A stretch of 64,000 nt of DNA, from the NCBI GenBank assembly GCA_964247055.1, contig OZ176050.1:8370001-8434000 (forward strand), read 5' to 3'. This DNA is from Paragordius varius. Taxonomy: Eukaryota; Animalia; Nematomorpha. The notes under the pieces are model-generated. The model ran no database searches and had not been told where the DNA came from. It was given only the letters and a program-made list of their open reading frames with translations. Position 1 is the first letter of the stretch; every line of letters begins with the position of its first letter. Shown one piece after another: positions 1-15,266 of this stretch. The translations under genes and the position numbers were made by a program.

Positions 1-2486
1 TAAATATGTTTTGAGCCCAACAAACGTGCAATGATGGGTACATATGTTCTTATCTATAGATTTTTTAAAATGAGTAAAATAGTATCAGAGGTAATTTAGC
101 GGGATGATGGGAGGTGTTTTTGTCAATCTCACAAACATAAAAAAATTAATAATTATGTTAAAGCTTTGTGGTATATGGAGTTTAATTAAAAAGGCCATCG
201 GAACACCTTGGATGTAGAGCTTTTCAACTAATTGAAAAAATGATAAAAATACAAAAGTTTTATTGTGATTTAGTAATTTTATAAATCTTATCAGAATCTT
301 ACACATATTTTATCTTATAATTTAGCCAAAAAAACGTTATTTTTTTAGAAACTATTCCTAATTTTAAGTTTCTTATATTCATGAAATCATATGGTTATAA
401 AGCTTTTGCGTTAAGATAAAAGAATTATAATCAAAATAGTGATAATAGCTGTGTTTTTCGGTTTTTTGCATTTATTTCTCTTTTGTTAAATCTTGTTTTT
501 TGGATTCTAAAAGCCCATCCTGCCTTTAAACGGAGATACCACGTAATTAAACTATATTTGTATACCTAAGAGACAAATTTTTTTATAAATTCATATATTT
601 GGAATGAGAAGTTCACCCTTCAGAATTTCAAAAGGCTTTGACATCTGTAGGTAAAGCGTCTAAAAGAATTTTTCTTAAATAAAGTCAAAAGTATTTCATA
701 ACGTTTGGTATAAATTTATGTTTGGTGTATTATATTTTAAATGTACAAATATTTATAAAACTAAGCTTCGGATTGTTGATTAATATAATTTCCATAGGTA
801 CTGATAGGTTAATTACATGTTTTAAATACAATAAATTGAAGAGCTAGTGCAAAAGACTATGAAAACTGATACTATTCGTATTTTAATCGCCCGAATAAAT
901 TTTTACCATTTCTTTCAATTTTTTTAAATATGTGATTTTACATTTTGAAAGCTTTATTTTATACTTTTCTGAGTTTGTTTAAACGTAACTTACAACTTTG
1001 ATATTCTATCATTATCTAATGTTTTATTAATAAATGAAATTTATATCGCCGATTCTTTGGGAAAAAACAGCTGACTCTCCCTAAAATCAATTTTCAGTCT
1101 CTTTCCTTTATGCAACGTAACACCCAAACTTTTTTCGGATTCTGAAAGCTAAATTAATTCTCTGTTCAAATATAAATTATAAAAACTATATTTCAAAATT
1201 TGGCTTACTCTATATACATAATAAAGAGATTTGTTATCGCCGTCCGCTATGATAAAAATTACATTTTTTTGTTAGATAAATAAATAATTATTCAAACGAT
1301 ATTTATTAGGTTAACTTTATTCATATAATAATTAAAATCCTTACCTCGGGGATGCAGTTTTTTGGGTTTTTCATCTGAAATGTGAACTGGCTTAATAGTA
1401 AGTTTTCAGGGTTTTGAAAAATAACCTTAATTAATAATATGTATTATCATAAATATACATAATGTGCCCCGTTTTTTGCACATTGAAAAAGAAACTGTAG
1501 TAATTTATTGGAATTATGATTGGGCAAAATCTGTCTACTTAGAAAAACTAAAATATTATCTTTAATTTCAAAATGTTAGCCTTGTCTTACAGCGTTTACA
1601 TTAAATTATAGTCAAGATTTTTATATAACATTAGTAATATGCATCTAATGTATCACAAAAAATTATTTTGTATTATTTTAAGAATGGGCATTAACTGTTT
1701 AAAGGATTTGAACGAACCAATCTAAATACCCGTTTTAGCCCACTCTGTGATAGCACTAATTATAAAAATAGATAGATTTTATATAGATCCTATTTTAAAT
1801 CAAATAATAATTTATAATCATATGCTCTAAAAATTAAAATTTTTATTTATAATAATAAAAAGTGTTTCGTGTGCCAAATTATATTAAATATAGATATTCA
1901 ATAATTTTAATCACAAAAAAATTTCCATGGTCAAAGGAGATAACGTATGTTTGATAAATCACAATATCAATGGGCGAGGAATAAGTTATGGCAAATTATT
2001 TATTTTTTTTAAACAAATTTTTTGATGTGTCAAGGCATAATTGAATGTCATCACATTCACTTTATAATATCTATCGTGTATTATTTAAAGAGAAAAAAAA
2101 TATATTATTATGCAATATAATGGTTTTTTGGTTTAGTTTAGTTTAGTATTTTGTTTAATACATCAAGATTAAATATTAAAGAGGCGTCTTGTCTAGCTAG
2201 TGTGGTGTCAACACTAACAATCCCCCTTGTTTCGTTACAGCAAGAAGACAAAAATTAATTTAATATTTGGCTTTAAACGAAAATAAAGAAATTTCCCCCA
2301 TACAAAACATAAATATATAATAAATAAAAATTTATTGATCATTTGGGTATTTTTTTTCTGGGACAGAATATTGGATGTCAAAATTTGAGATGACTTATGT
2401 CCCTACACCAATACATGAAACAAACAAGGACTATTTAATTAAATTTAGATAAAAATTTTATTTACACAAACAATAGGTTAGGCATA

Positions 2487-2488
<2 letters not shown>

Positions 2489-2546
<58 letters not shown>
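2489..2546. repeat. (AT)n microsatellite
   Basis: Direct reading, roughly 29 units. Confidence 0.95.
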
Positions 2547-2552
<6 letters not shown>

Positions 2553-5500
2553 TGCGTGCATCGTTTTAATGATATTTTAATTTAGATGTAAAATTAAACC
2601 CTAGAAATTATTTTATGGAATGATAATAATTGTATATTATGTATAATTCAACTCTTTAAGAAAATAGTTAATCATAAGATAAGGCATAAAATTTGATTTT
2701 TCCTATAGGGGTTGTTTTGCCTAATGTATTATAGACAGATTCGCAACCAAATTGGAATTAGTATAAAAATATACTGTCAGTGAAGACCAACAATTAAATT
2801 ATTAAATTATGTTTTAATTTAAACGGATTCATTTTTTTATTATATAGTATTATTTTACAAATCCCCATTCCTTAACTATAATAAAAAATTAAATTCTAAT
2901 TTTATAAGCTAAAGCTCATGGTACTTACAGAGGAGATAATATATATTAATCATATTTCAACAAACATAACATGTGATGTAACCAACGCAACCTTTATAGC
3001 AAATAATTTTTAAAAATTGTTAAAAAGTTATGGTGAATATTACGAAATCGTTTTTTTTCAATATCTTAAAATTTTATTAAATAGATTATTTGAGAAAGTA
3101 TAAAAAACCAAAACATAACAGCCATACTCCAATTTAACGTTTTTGCTTTTTTTTTCAATATGATATAAAATTGAATAAAATATTTCTCTAAATCAAGCAA
3201 AAATAAACTTCAAAACAGTTAGTTTGGCCAGCCAGGAAAGGCAAATGGTTCTTACACACAAAACAAACGTCCATGGAATATTAATGTGCCATTTTATAAA
3301 TAAATAACTAACTAACTTATAATAATAATTTTAACATTATATATATTAATATTAATTTATATTTTACATTATTTTATAGCTAGCTAGCTAGCGAGCTATA
3401 TAATGGCAGGCAAAACGTAATTTTTTTAAATCTAATATATGACTCTTGGATCCGTCCGGACATACGCACTATATTTATCATTCCTGTATTAGAAACTTAA
3501 AAACTTTTATGATGAAAAAAAAACAAATATGTACCACATAAAAATATTTCTTAAGCGGATTAAGATACTAAATTATATGTATTGATATAAGATAGTAAGA
3601 TATTGCGGGCGCGCTTATGTTAAAACAAAACTACCCTTCTTTTAATTAATTATTAACAATTTATAATAAAATAAATTATATTTTGGTTTTTATTTAAAAT
3701 TGGATAAAGTCTTAGTATGTACTAACAAAATTATTAACTTTTATCTGAGATATTTTAACATTGTCATTTTAAATTGTTCCTCTTGCCAAAATAATGTTTT
3801 GCGTAATCGAACTTGACAGAGAAAGCTGTTGTTTGTCTAGAAAATCTAGGATCGAGGAAAATAGAGATATCTATTCAAAAAATCACAATCTTTTACATTT
3901 CAATTTTATAATTACATTTATTTAAAGATTACGATAAGGTATATTTGTCACCAGTTTTTAAAATATGAGCCACGTTGCATTTAGGCCAATAAACCAATAA
4001 CTAATTTTAAACTGCTTTTGAATAATATTTTTAAACAATATCAGCCCAAAGAAAAGTTTGATTTATCAATATTTATTATACAAAGCTCTCCTTCATAGGC
4101 ATCATAATTAATATATCATATGATTTACTTATGCGTACTTAAAATATTTATTGAGGAAATTGTTATAATAAAATGCTATTAAAATATTATATATTTTTTT
4201 CGTCCAAGTCAAAAAGTACCAAACAAATTAAATTACTATTTAATTTTTAAATTTTAATTAGTGGAAATATACAAAATAATATTTGAATATCACACTATCA
4301 TAACACTTTATAAAATAATGCCCCTTTTTATAATAATTAAAACATTTCTATCTTTTTCATAAATAAATTAAAGAAGCGGTAATGACCAGGGTTTGGCTTA
4401 TCTATTTGAATCTTTTGGCTATTTTACAAAATTTGTCATTTTAGAAATATACATCAGTTTTTTAGCTTTTGGAAGCCCAATCGCAACGTGATATTCATTG
4501 TGAGATTTATTAATAACCGAAATTTCAGCAAAATTTATTTGATATTAAAAAACTCTGTAAGTAAATATTTCTATTGGTCTCAATGTAAATGATTGAAATC
4601 CTTTTTAATTTATTAAAATTATAAAAAAAATATATTGACATTATTTATATATTAAAAATATTATTAAACGAAAAAGTATTCTGCGTTATTTCATCCGATA
4701 TGGCCTAATATAAATTCCGTGGAAAGTGAGAATTATTGTAATATCAATAAACATGAAAATTATAGTCAATATCAATTTAATTTTTTTAGTGGACGAAAAG
4801 TTCACTCAACCTTTCAAAAATACCCCACCTGTCCCAACCGACTTTATTAAACTTAAAATGTTTGGCATTTTTTGCAGTTTTTTAAAATTTCACCGTTTGA
4901 GACGAATAATCTGGGTAAAAAAATATACATATTTAAAGATTTAATATAGTTTTAATTTGGATACATTACAAATATTACTTGATGACTGTGATTTTGGTTC
5001 TTCATAACTTTTTTGATCTTTCAAAATTATACTTAATATGTTTATCATTTTCGTATTATACAATTTTACAGATAATTTACTCTTGTTTGGCTGGCTACAA
5101 ATTTGATTTTATTTTAGCCATTTCTATGATGATATATGATATTAGGATGTTATGTATTAAAAAGTAAAAATGTATAACTTTGATTCACAATATGAGTTGC
5201 AAGAAAAGTTATCCAAAAAGTTAACCATATCATTTTTAATCAAATTTTTGTATGGATATTATTCTTTGGATAAAATTAATATTATATATGTTATTATTTT
5301 TATTTTCAGTATTTTTTTAAACATTTGATTGATTAAGATGATAAAATCCAGAATAAAGCGTGTAAAATTTATGGAATACATAAATCAACCAATTTTTAAT
5401 GGAAAAAATTTGTATATTTAATTAGCCTGACTATATATTTATATAATATATTTACAATATTATCTGGGGTATCTGACCGATTATTTATGCAACAATCATG

Positions 5501-6344
5501 GATTTCGATTTAATTTATTTAAAGCAAACACAAATCCAAAATCCTGATTGTTATTAAAGAAACTTAAATTTTTTAAAGATTGAAATCAAGCCATTGACTC
5601 ACAAAACTTCATATTTTTGATGTTGACATTTTGGTTTAATAGTTTTGTTATCAAAAATTAACGTATTCCATTTGATAAATAACTGTTTAGGCATCAATTA
5701 AAATTGCCCAACTTATTTCCTTGAGTTTATGTAATATTAATTAAAAAATAAAATATTAAAGGGGCCTCTGTCAATTTTTGGATCAAAAATGGGGTTGTAC
5801 CATCAACGTTGGGAACCGGTGTGCTTTATTAGCAAAAATACAAATTTCATTTTTATAAAAAAAACTCTGTTGGTTTTATAAGGTTTTAACGGATTGTCAT
5901 TAATTTAAGACAGAAATGCTTATAATTAAAATATAAACAAAAATATTCATCGAAGCAAACAGAATTTGCAGGTGTTTTGGCGGAACTACAGGCCGCTACA
6001 GGCATTCGTAAGCTGATACGCTGTAATTTACATTTACCACTTATTAAACTTAGAGATATTTAAACATATTTCAATTTTACCAAAATTTTTAACATTAGAA
6101 TATAATGCGGCACATTTTAAACATAAGGGGTATGGATTACCAATAAAAATATTATCGATACTCTCTATTCAATATATTGAATTATCAAATATAATATTAG
6201 TTTTTACATTCCCTTAGATCTACAATGAAGCCATTTATCAAACTAATTTTTCAAAGTTATTGCTACGGATAATAGGGTTGGATATTGACTGGTTAGGCCA
6301 ATTCAGGAGTGGCTTTAAAATTATATGGTAAATTATAACAATTA

Positions 6345-6398
6345 GATAAATAAATAAATAAATAAATAAATAAATATATATATATATATATATATATT
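6345..6398. repeat. Compound (TAAA)n(TA)n microsatellite
   Basis: Direct reading. Confidence 0.9.
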
Positions 6399-8613
6399 AG
6401 TAATTTAGATAAAAATATTTCTTATAGATAATTTGTGATAGTTTGTAATAATATAAAACTACATACCGATATCAAAAAATATATCAATTTACAAATAAAA
6501 ACAATTTATCAGTAAAAACCATAAAAAATTTTAATTTAGTTAGCTGTGCGACATATTATAATATATTTTTTGAATGATTTAAAGTTAACATATAATCTTG
6601 AACAACCAAATCACTATGGCAAATTAATTCTAAATTGAGGTTCAGTGGTATAATGAAGGCATTTTGCGCTAGTTTTAATTTTAGTTTTTTTTATCTTTTA
6701 AAAGATTCTTCGGAGTTTAGGCTCTTTGGTTTTAATTGTAAATTTTTGACAGAATATTCGACAATTGTTGCTAATCATATTCTCAATAACTAACATTAAT
6801 AATGTTACAACTTTGAAAAAAAAAACCATTTTTAATTGAAACCAGAGAAGCGAACTTTTTAGTTACACGCAAATTACAAATACAATAACATTAAAAATAA
6901 TAAAATTAATATCTTATAAGGAATTTTAATTGTTTTATCAGTGTATGTTTGCATCCCCCTTTCCCTTTCTTTTTATTGCTTTATGGCAAAAGGCAAGGTA
7001 ATTTAACAACAAAAAATTCTCTAAAAATTAATTAAACTTAATTTCGCTCTCTCATTTTACATGTTATGGCTTAGTTAGGCTGTGTTAAATATTTTGCATT
7101 TTAGTGGCTGGTGTTAAGCCTATGCAATTACAAGCAATTAAAATCACAAACATATAATAATAATAATATAATTACACAAAATATATTTTTTTTAGAGAGA
7201 AATGTTATAATTATTTTATTTTATATCTTTTTCTGTACTATATCCTATTTGAGTGTTAAATTTTTATAACTTTGTTGCATGCACAACACCAAATTTTATT
7301 AAAATTTCAATTATTTAAAAATATATATAAAAATAAGGTTCAAATACCAATTTTCGGTAAACTTTATTAATGGGGTCATTAAGAAGAATCAGGCATTATA
7401 TTATTATTTTTAATCAATTTTACATTTCCTAGGGCTAGAAAGTTTTGACCCGAGTAGAATGCAAATGACTTAAAAGTTTGTAAAAACATTTAGCATTTCC
7501 CATATATAATCAATTTAGAGTTGTATGTAAAATATTTTAACGATAACAAATTTTAATGTTTTTTTAAAGAAAACGACAAAATCCATATATGAAAAGCATT
7601 TTTACATTAATTATGATTTCAGACATTAATGATGTTTATTTTGCGACACCTCAAATATGAATAACTGCAAATTTAGGGCAATATGTCAATTTTATGGAAA
7701 ATTTTTGTCATAATAAATATAAAGACAAGTATGTTTAATTTTAATTTATTGAATTTTTCTTCCATTCATTTTTTAACGTTAGGCATTTAAGTCTTGAAAT
7801 GTGAAGGAAATCTAATTAAAATGATAGGTGATAGATAGGGGCATCGAATTTTCTTACCAAGGATACTTATGATATTTAAACATGTTATACATCTGGTCAG
7901 TGGCGCTAATTATCAACATGCGAATTCTTGCCCAAAAAAACAAAAAGGGGCTATTAAAAAATGGAAAAAGACCCTGTAACGCCCCGTTCCCTCGCAACGC
8001 TCCCCGGTAAGTTAGATACTTGATATACACCTTTAAATATGATAATTAAAATAATTGCTTTAGTTGTACCAAATTGATTTTTATGATTTAGCCGATTTCG
8101 GAAACGTTTTAAACAATAGGGTAATATTTGAGAGGACTTTCTGAAAATTTTCAAAAACTTATAGACAAATCTAAGATGCAGGCCAACATTAAATTTTAAA
8201 AGACATTTTTATACATTTGGCAAAATATACATCTAGCTTCTTCCAAATAAATTAACATAGTATAGATTTGTACGAACATAAGAATATAAAAAAGCACCGT
8301 CTGATTCCAAACACCTTACTGAAATACTTTTAATATATTAATTTTTGATCCATCGCACAGTTTAATTCAATTATCAAATTATATATTAATCGACTATTAA
8401 TTCAAATATTTTTATATTAATATTAGTATGAACATATATATCCAAAACTTCAAATTAAAGACGACCTATTTACATATTCAAAACAATCTTAGCAAAACAA
8501 CATTTGTTTTAATGAAGATCATACTACACATGATAAAATAAACCACCGAAAACAAATATATATTATATATTCCTAAATGTATGATTTATTATAAAAATAT
8601 ACGCGCCATTTTT

Positions 8614-8617
<4 letters not shown>

Positions 8618-8654
<37 letters not shown>

Positions 8655-8695
8655 AAATAAAAATATTGAATATGTCATATCATAAATAAATTTGG

Positions 8696-8728
<33 letters not shown>
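8618..8728. repeat. Two (TA)n tracts downstream of the POU3 stop codon
   Basis: TA runs at ~8618-8655 and ~8700-8728. Confidence 0.9.
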
Positions 8729-8735
<7 letters not shown>

Positions 8736-9184
8736 ATAAATTTGTAAGTAACCATGTTAAGGGTGATGTGTGTTTAATCAATAATTTAATCTACATAAAA
8801 TAATACAAATTTATATCTTTTGAAACTTTGTTTTGGAATGTATGAATTTACTTTTTCGCTGAAAATCAAGCGAGGTCTAATGTCAGTTCTTAGGTGGTTT
8901 CTCCATCAATATTACCAATTAACTAAGATTAAATTGAGGAGAAATCGCGATATTAATTGTTGGAACAACGATAACTTAATAGTATATATATATGCCATAT
9001 AAATAGAGTACCATGTATAATTAAATATTAGCTAAAATCTTCATTTTACAAAAACTATCATTTAAAAAATGCAAGTGTAATAAAAGGAGACAGATTTTCA
9101 GCAATTATCAATAGAGTATTTGACGAGATGATTTTAGACCGCGCTAGCCTTTCTTCCACCTTGTTTCCATAAACTTTTCAAGAC

Positions 9185-12100
9185 TTATTGGATTAAGGAT
9201 GAATACCCTGATAAAATTGTCGATGATTCCGTTTTTCCCACATCATTAATGATGTTTGACTTGTTATTATCATTATTATTAATGGTATTATTGTAATTAA
9301 ATCCATCAATCATGTTGTTAAAAGTCACGACACTATTAGACCCCATAAGAAAATTAGTATTAGTACCAGCGACAGGTGTTACCCCAAACTCATAGGGACC
9401 AGGGTGATGCGAGTTAAGGAATGTAGTATAGTTGAATGGATTTGGTTGATATGCTTGAATGTAATTTGAGAATAAGGCTTCACCACTAGATGATGCATTT
9501 GGAATACCGGCTGTCGAATATGGAAAAATGGTTGGAGATGGATCCACCTCCGATTGGTGATTTATCATGAAAGGAGGAAGTGATGGATGGCCAACATTTT
9601 CTCCTCCTTTGACTGTGACATCGAAATTGAAGGAACTTGGATTAGTAATATGGTCAATTTTGTTGCCACCAGGGCCATAATTGGGGAGAGCAGTGAGATA
9701 TGGATGTGTTCCCAATAATCCATACGTGTAGGATGGTATATTATTACTATAAATGTTTTTGCTAAGAGAGGAAGGAATGTTACATTCCATTTGAGTGGGT
9801 TGGGATGTGGAGCAGACGATTTCATCAACATTATCAGTTGATGCAATGTTTGAGTGATGGTTTTTCTTTTTACCATATGTGTCTGCTGAACTAATATCTA
9901 GCCTTCTTTGTTCGTGAGTTGAAGAATGGGTTATATCATTGCTATTTTTATGTGAAGGCCTGTCTTTATTTTTCTTACCCGCAGCGGAGTAATTATTGTT
10001 ATTATCTGGGTTTGCATCACATATTTCCATAGTCTGATCGCTCGATCGAGATATTTGGGGCGTTGAGGTGGATGTGTTATCATTCGAAAACATTTTTTTC
10101 GTATCACACGAATCATGAACCAAATCGAATTGCGAGGAAGATGTATTTTGGTTTACATTGTGGTCTCCATTCATATTTCGATAGACGTCAGTTGATCCAC
10201 TAATTAACAAGGAATCATCATAGTTTATGGAATGATAATAACTGTTATTGTGAGACATTTCATTATCGTCTGATAAACTGATAACACTACCAAGAGAAGC
10301 ATAATGATTGAGTTGTCCCATGTTCGCACAATTACTAGGTGGTGTCATTCTTTTTTCCTTTTGTCTTCTGTTACAAAACCAGACACGAACAACCTCTTTT
10401 TCAAGTTGTAGGCTATCTGCCAACGAAGTTATTTCTTGGGCCGATGGTTTGGGCTGTTTTATGAAATGATGTTCTAAAGCACCTTTGATCGATATTTCAA
10501 TACTTGTCCGTTTTTTTCGTTTTCGACCCTGTGCAGCAATTTTGTCAATGCTACTTGGTGACCCCGAATTACTGTCAGCCTCTTCAAGCCATTTGGTTAA
10601 CAATGGTTTCAATTTGCACATATTTTTGAAGCTCAATTGAAGGGCTTCAAACCGACATATTGTTGTTTGGCTGAAAACGTTCCCGTACAGTGTGCCAAGG
10701 GCAAGACCAACATCGGCTTGAGTAAAGCCAAGTTTAATTCGACGCTGTTTAAACTGTTTGGCAAATTGTTCAAGGTCATCCGAACTGGGGTGATTTGAAG
10801 CGCTACTGCCGCCACAACCAAAGCCAGGAATGTGATCCAAAGAGTCTGAATCACAATCATCGTCATCATTTTCATTGAAGCATCGAAACGAGGAGGATAT
10901 TTGCAATAGCTGTTGGTGTTGCAAATCTGTTTGGGATTGATTTTGGCCTTCATAGTTTGCTGCTGTATTGTCTTTTGGCTGTCCACCATATCCACCCATG
11001 CTAGTTTCACAGTTTGTTGGAGATCGGTGATTAGCATGATAATGGTAAAAACTCTTTTGTTTATCCTGCTCGATACTTATACAAGGGTCATATTGCGCAC
11101 TATATGTCTTGGCGTTAGGCGTCGTGCCTGTTGTTGGAATGAGAGAGTTTGTGATTGGAGGAGGCGAAGTCTCATTGTAGGATGATTGGTAATGATAATG
11201 CGGATTTGTATATTTAGTAGATTCATAATTCCGTTGTATGTAACTTCCAGTGCTGATTGGTGAATGGGATAAATTAGTTTGAAATGTATTATTATCATTA
11301 TCTATGTTATATTGCACTCCTGATTCTGGTACTGATGGTGATAAATTGTTTCCAGAAGTGTGTTTTAAAGTTGAATTGTTAACTAATTCGGTACCCAATG
11401 TTGTAGATTTGGAATATGTGCTACATGTGATATTTTGCGCATTGGCATCAAGCAAAACATCGCTTTTTGCATCATTATACGCATATTGTTGCTCGCTCTC
11501 AAAATTTGTACTGGAAGAATGATCGTCAGTCGTTTTAGATTTTTTAGATTTTTTTGACCCTTTGGATCGCTTTGTATCCTTTTTATTACGAGTTTTATTT
11601 GGGAGATCTTCATTAGTTTTTATTGAGGGTGATATCTTATCTTGTGGTACATAGTCATAAATATTTTCTTTGGAAAAGAGGTTTGTCGAAGATTGCTGCT
11701 CGTAATAATTAGTTGCACCTATGGAGTCTGTGGTGGTATGGGACACATAGCTTTGACCAGCCTGTGTGTAACATATTTGGGTACTAAAAGATTGTTTTCT
11801 CCCATTTTCAGCAGGGTTGGAATCATTGATCTGAGAGGTATTGTATGCATTAACTGGATTTAAGTAGCCATTTATTCCAAGGGGAACATTTTCATAATTT
11901 GCTAGAGACAGAGGATAATAAGACTCATGGAGGTTCTGGTTGGAATAAAGGTTATTGGTTGAGTAATAGTCACTTTTATTAATCAATGACTTCTTATTGT
12001 TATCATCATTATAGGTTAGTTCAGCATTTCGCTCGTAGCGGGCATACACTGTATTTTTATTAAAACTTTGGTTGTATGAAGTATTATAACTATTATTATT

Positions 12101-14122
12101 AATAATATCAGAATGATTTGTAAAAGGGTTTTTGTCAAGGCCCAACCCAAATTTGTCGGATAAATTTTTTAAGGGAGTTGAGGAGTCCTTTAAACCTGTT
12201 TCATCAAAGTTTGCTTTTGCTTTGAGTGAGTCATCAGAATTAAAATTTGTGAGGTTTGTTGGATTGAGCTCTTCATTTAACTTATTTGAAAAGGATAACA
12301 CAGGCTTGTAATTTATGTGCTGTAATGGTAAAGTATTATCTACATACCCTTGTTGCAGTGGAAAATAGGATTTTAAATGATTAAAACCCAAACTGTTTAG
12401 ATTCAAATGGGACAAATAGTCGTTATAAGGATGGCATGATAGGGCAGCATTGATTTGATTTCCATACTCCCCGCCTCTCGCATGAATCGGATTTACCGAG
12501 AATGGGCTACTCAACATGTTTGCCGTGTACGATGTATAATTAGATGGTATTCCAGCGTAATATCCGCTATTGAAATAATCCATATTAGATCCTAGTAAAT
12601 TATCATTATTATTATGATTTGAAATGTTTGAAATGGAAACTGATAAGCCGGATGATTCATTGAGGGGTTGTTGTTGCGCCCCAAACGGTGTATTGTATGG
12701 TAAGCCTCCCATCAAAGAATAACTGCTCCAGGGATATTGGTAATTTCTCATCATTTGAGTGTGAGAGACCGTGTCCTCATCTATTACGCCACTACCATTG
12801 TGACGATTGGGAACAATGACATTTGACTCAATAGCACATCCGCCCACATCATATTTTTCATGGTCAGATAGTAAAAATGGTAATGGTTTGCTGGTATTAA
12901 CATTTTCACACGAGGATGATTGATTAGATCCCACTTCACAACCCGATATGTTGTTGGTGTTATAGTGAGCGGAATTATAAAAGTTTTGATTGCTGTTGTT
13001 ATTATTATATTCAATGCTATTGCTATTATAGCTATTATTATAAGTGCTATTAATGAATGGCCCATTAACATTCGTGCATGCATTAAAGGGTGAAACATTA
13101 GCCAACATGGATGAATTACAGCTTTGACTGTTATTTATATCATCTGAGAGGAGCGGATAGGCCGAATGGGGTGGAATATTGTAAGAATATTTTCGGACAT
13201 GCTGTTCACGGCTATTATTGAATGATGTTTGGGAATCGTGGTGTCTACTACCGTCATCATAATAAAGATTCGTACCACAATTGTTATCATTTTTGTCGGA
13301 GGAACACAGAGGTATATTATGTTGCAACGAAAATTTACGATGATCAAACTTTTTATACGGGATAGCAGTCAAGAATGTGTTGTTGGATTTGCTGCAACTG
13401 GTGATGGTATTGAAAAAAAGATTGGCATTCTCCTGATAAGAGGTGGATGACGATGTGCAAGAGCTGGTAAATGTAGGTAAACTATTTATCACACCATTAT
13501 TGCTGATACAATTTGCGTTTTCATTGCAATAATTCTCGGCATACCTTGCAGCAGTTAAATGATTATTATTCTTACACGTTACATCATTACTTTGCACCAT
13601 TTCTCCGTCCAAATCTATTTTAGTGGCTTGTTTTTCCAACTGCTGTTGGTTAACACTTATCATATCATGGTTTGATGTATTGATAACATTTGTGTAATCA
13701 CTCACATGCATATTATTTACGACGACGGCGCCTTCCTCACACCTTGGATTTGAGAGAGTACCATACTTTGGAATGCCATTTCCATATTTTGTTTTCGAAA
13801 TATCGACATTAATGGTGATATCACCTGGAAACACGGAATAGTTATCATCAAAAACTGTGTCCTTTTTGATAAAAGTGCTGCTATTTTTATTTGGACTTTC
13901 ACAAGTGATAAACTTATAAAATAATTGGCCTCTATCATCGGAATTAACGGAATAATATTTTTCAGATTTTTGGGCTGTATCAATCGAACAATGATCAAGA
14001 ATACATGAGGCATTATCAGCTATGAGTGAATCTGAATAATCTTTCAAATAATTTGATAGCGAATTTCCTGCCACTCCACATCCCGAGGCTATTGTGGAAT
14101 GTTGTTCTATTACCATATTCAT
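9185..14122 (-). CDS. POU3: Class III POU-domain transcription factor (POU3F/Brn/vvl/ceh-6-like), 1645 aa, single exon
   Basis: Uninterrupted 4938-bp ORF with an in-frame TAA just upstream of the ATG. It contains the POU-specific domain [71 protein letters not shown], the class III-type linker [16 protein letters not shown] and the homeodomain [60 protein letters not shown]. An intronless CDS is typical of POU3 genes. Confidence 0.96.
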   Translation of the reverse strand: MNMVIEQHSTIASGCGVAGNSLSNYLKDYSDSLIADNASCILDHCSIDTAQKSEKYYSVNSDDRGQLFYKFITCESPNKNSSTFIKKDTVFDDNYSVFPGDITINVDISKTKYGNGIPKYGTLSNPRCEEGAVVVNNMHVSDYTNVINTSNHDMISVNQQQLEKQATKIDLDGEMVQSNDVTCKNNNHLTAARYAENYCNENANCISNNGVINSLPTFTSSCTSSSTSYQENANLFFNTITSCSKSNNTFLTAIPYKKFDHRKFSLQHNIPLCSSDKNDNNCGTNLYYDDGSRHHDSQTSFNNSREQHVRKYSYNIPPHSAYPLLSDDINNSQSCNSSMLANVSPFNACTNVNGPFINSTYNNSYNSNSIEYNNNNSNQNFYNSAHYNTNNISGCEVGSNQSSSCENVNTSKPLPFLLSDHEKYDVGGCAIESNVIVPNRHNGSGVIDEDTVSHTQMMRNYQYPWSSYSLMGGLPYNTPFGAQQQPLNESSGLSVSISNISNHNNNDNLLGSNMDYFNSGYYAGIPSNYTSYTANMLSSPFSVNPIHARGGEYGNQINAALSCHPYNDYLSHLNLNSLGFNHLKSYFPLQQGYVDNTLPLQHINYKPVLSFSNKLNEELNPTNLTNFNSDDSLKAKANFDETGLKDSSTPLKNLSDKFGLGLDKNPFTNHSDIINNNSYNTSYNQSFNKNTVYARYERNAELTYNDDNNKKSLINKSDYYSTNNLYSNQNLHESYYPLSLANYENVPLGINGYLNPVNAYNTSQINDSNPAENGRKQSFSTQICYTQAGQSYVSHTTTDSIGATNYYEQQSSTNLFSKENIYDYVPQDKISPSIKTNEDLPNKTRNKKDTKRSKGSKKSKKSKTTDDHSSSTNFESEQQYAYNDAKSDVLLDANAQNITCSTYSKSTTLGTELVNNSTLKHTSGNNLSPSVPESGVQYNIDNDNNTFQTNLSHSPISTGSYIQRNYESTKYTNPHYHYQSSYNETSPPPITNSLIPTTGTTPNAKTYSAQYDPCISIEQDKQKSFYHYHANHRSPTNCETSMGGYGGQPKDNTAANYEGQNQSQTDLQHQQLLQISSSFRCFNENDDDDCDSDSLDHIPGFGCGGSSASNHPSSDDLEQFAKQFKQRRIKLGFTQADVGLALGTLYGNVFSQTTICRFEALQLSFKNMCKLKPLLTKWLEEADSNSGSPSSIDKIAAQGRKRKKRTSIEISIKGALEHHFIKQPKPSAQEITSLADSLQLEKEVVRVWFCNRRQKEKRMTPPSNCANMGQLNHYASLGSVISLSDDNEMSHNNSYYHSINYDDSLLISGSTDVYRNMNGDHNVNQNTSSSQFDLVHDSCDTKKMFSNDNTSTSTPQISRSSDQTMEICDANPDNNNNYSAAGKKNKDRPSHKNSNDITHSSTHEQRRLDISSADTYGKKKNHHSNIASTDNVDEIVCSTSQPTQMECNIPSSLSKNIYSNNIPSYTYGLLGTHPYLTALPNYGPGGNKIDHITNPSSFNFDVTVKGGENVGHPSLPPFMINHQSEVDPSPTIFPYSTAGIPNASSSGEALFSNYIQAYQPNPFNYTTFLNSHHPGPYEFGVTPVAGTNTNFLMGSNSVVTFNNMIDGFNYNNTINNNDNNKSNIINDVGKTESSTILSGYSSLIQ
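10345..10790 (-). other. POU-specific domain (~10574-10790), linker and POU homeodomain (~10345-10525) within the POU3 CDS
   Basis: Direct translation; the motifs closely match the conserved POU3 DNA-binding region, including [15 protein letters not shown]. Confidence 0.97.
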
Positions 14123-15109
14123 AATAATAAATATTATTGAATAAAAAAATTATTGAATAATTAATCAATTTCTGCTATGAACGCTAGTTGTAAAAACAAC
14201 GGTTGTCAAATGATATCTTTTTAGACGATACAAATATTATCACACAATTGAAATTATGTATATCGAAAAAAAATTGATTTTGGTAATTTATGAAAAATAT
14301 AAATTTTAATAAAATGTAAAACTCTTAAACACATATCGCACCAAAGAAGAATTATATACTTTTTATCTTGATCTTTAATTTTCATACATATATATATATA
14401 TGGTGATATTGATACGATACTAAAAATCAAATTTTGATTGACATTTAAATGTTTAAAAATCAAATATTGAATATAGGAGCGTATAAATACGCTAAAGGCA
14501 ATTTTTTTTTAATGTAATATATATATTGTTTAAAAAAATATTTTTTGTCTAAAATTTGTAAAGCAGTTAGTTAGATATAGTTATAGAAAAATAATATATG
14601 ATATGGTATAAATGCTTTTTACGCAAAATTTATATGTATTGTTTTAAAAATGCATTGTTAATCCCATCTTACACTATTATACGTATGGTATGTGACCTGA
14701 AGGGCATATTTTCTTGTTGAAAGTCAAAATTTATAAATGCTGTCTTAACTTCCATTAAATATTTTAATATTACTTATATTCTACTTAAGTTTCCCAATAT
14801 ATTAAACTTGGTATATTAAAATAGACATTTATTTTTGTGAATAATTAAGTTGGTATTTGTGTTGATTAATTTAGCATGACGACAATATTTAAGGTAAAAT
14901 ATATCCATTGAGCAAACTTTTACGCATACAATATGTGTTGGTCAATTTGTTATCTGGAATATATTTTTATGATATTGTATGAAACCCTTTCCCAATTTAA
15001 AGGTGCCTCAACTTTAAATCTAATAATTTGGAGCCCTAATATACCATGTATGTGCTAGTACATTAAACACCTTATCTTACTTAACCATAGTTAGTATATT
15101 GACAGTCAC

Positions 15110-15240
15110 AGTCCATTAGCATAATTATAAACTTATGCATATTTAAATTACTACACAGACTATGCATAAACTTCCCTTCCTCCATTCTTTGTTCCCCCTT
15201 AATATGCAAATGCTATAAATGTGGTTTTTGCATGTGCATA
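15110..15240. promoter_or_regulatory. Cluster of POU-type sites near the putative promoter
   Basis: Perfect ATGCAAAT at 15204-15211 plus GCATAATT, TTATGCATAT and CTATGCATAAA within ~100 bp. Confidence 0.3.
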
Positions 15241-15266
15241 TAACCCAAAAAGTGCAATCCAAATCA

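Noticed and set aside
7975-8020. GC-rich CCCCGTTCCCTCGCAACGCTCCCCGG as a possible Helitron 3' hairpin
   Set aside because: No convincing stem, no CTRR terminus and no matching 5' end.
8560-8620. AATAAA polyadenylation signals for POU3 on the minus strand
   Set aside because: The hexamer is too frequent in this AT-rich DNA to assign without transcript data.
9565-14013. Short ORFs overlapping the POU3 CDS in other frames or on the opposite strand
   Set aside because: Shadow ORFs of a long coding sequence; no recognisable motifs.
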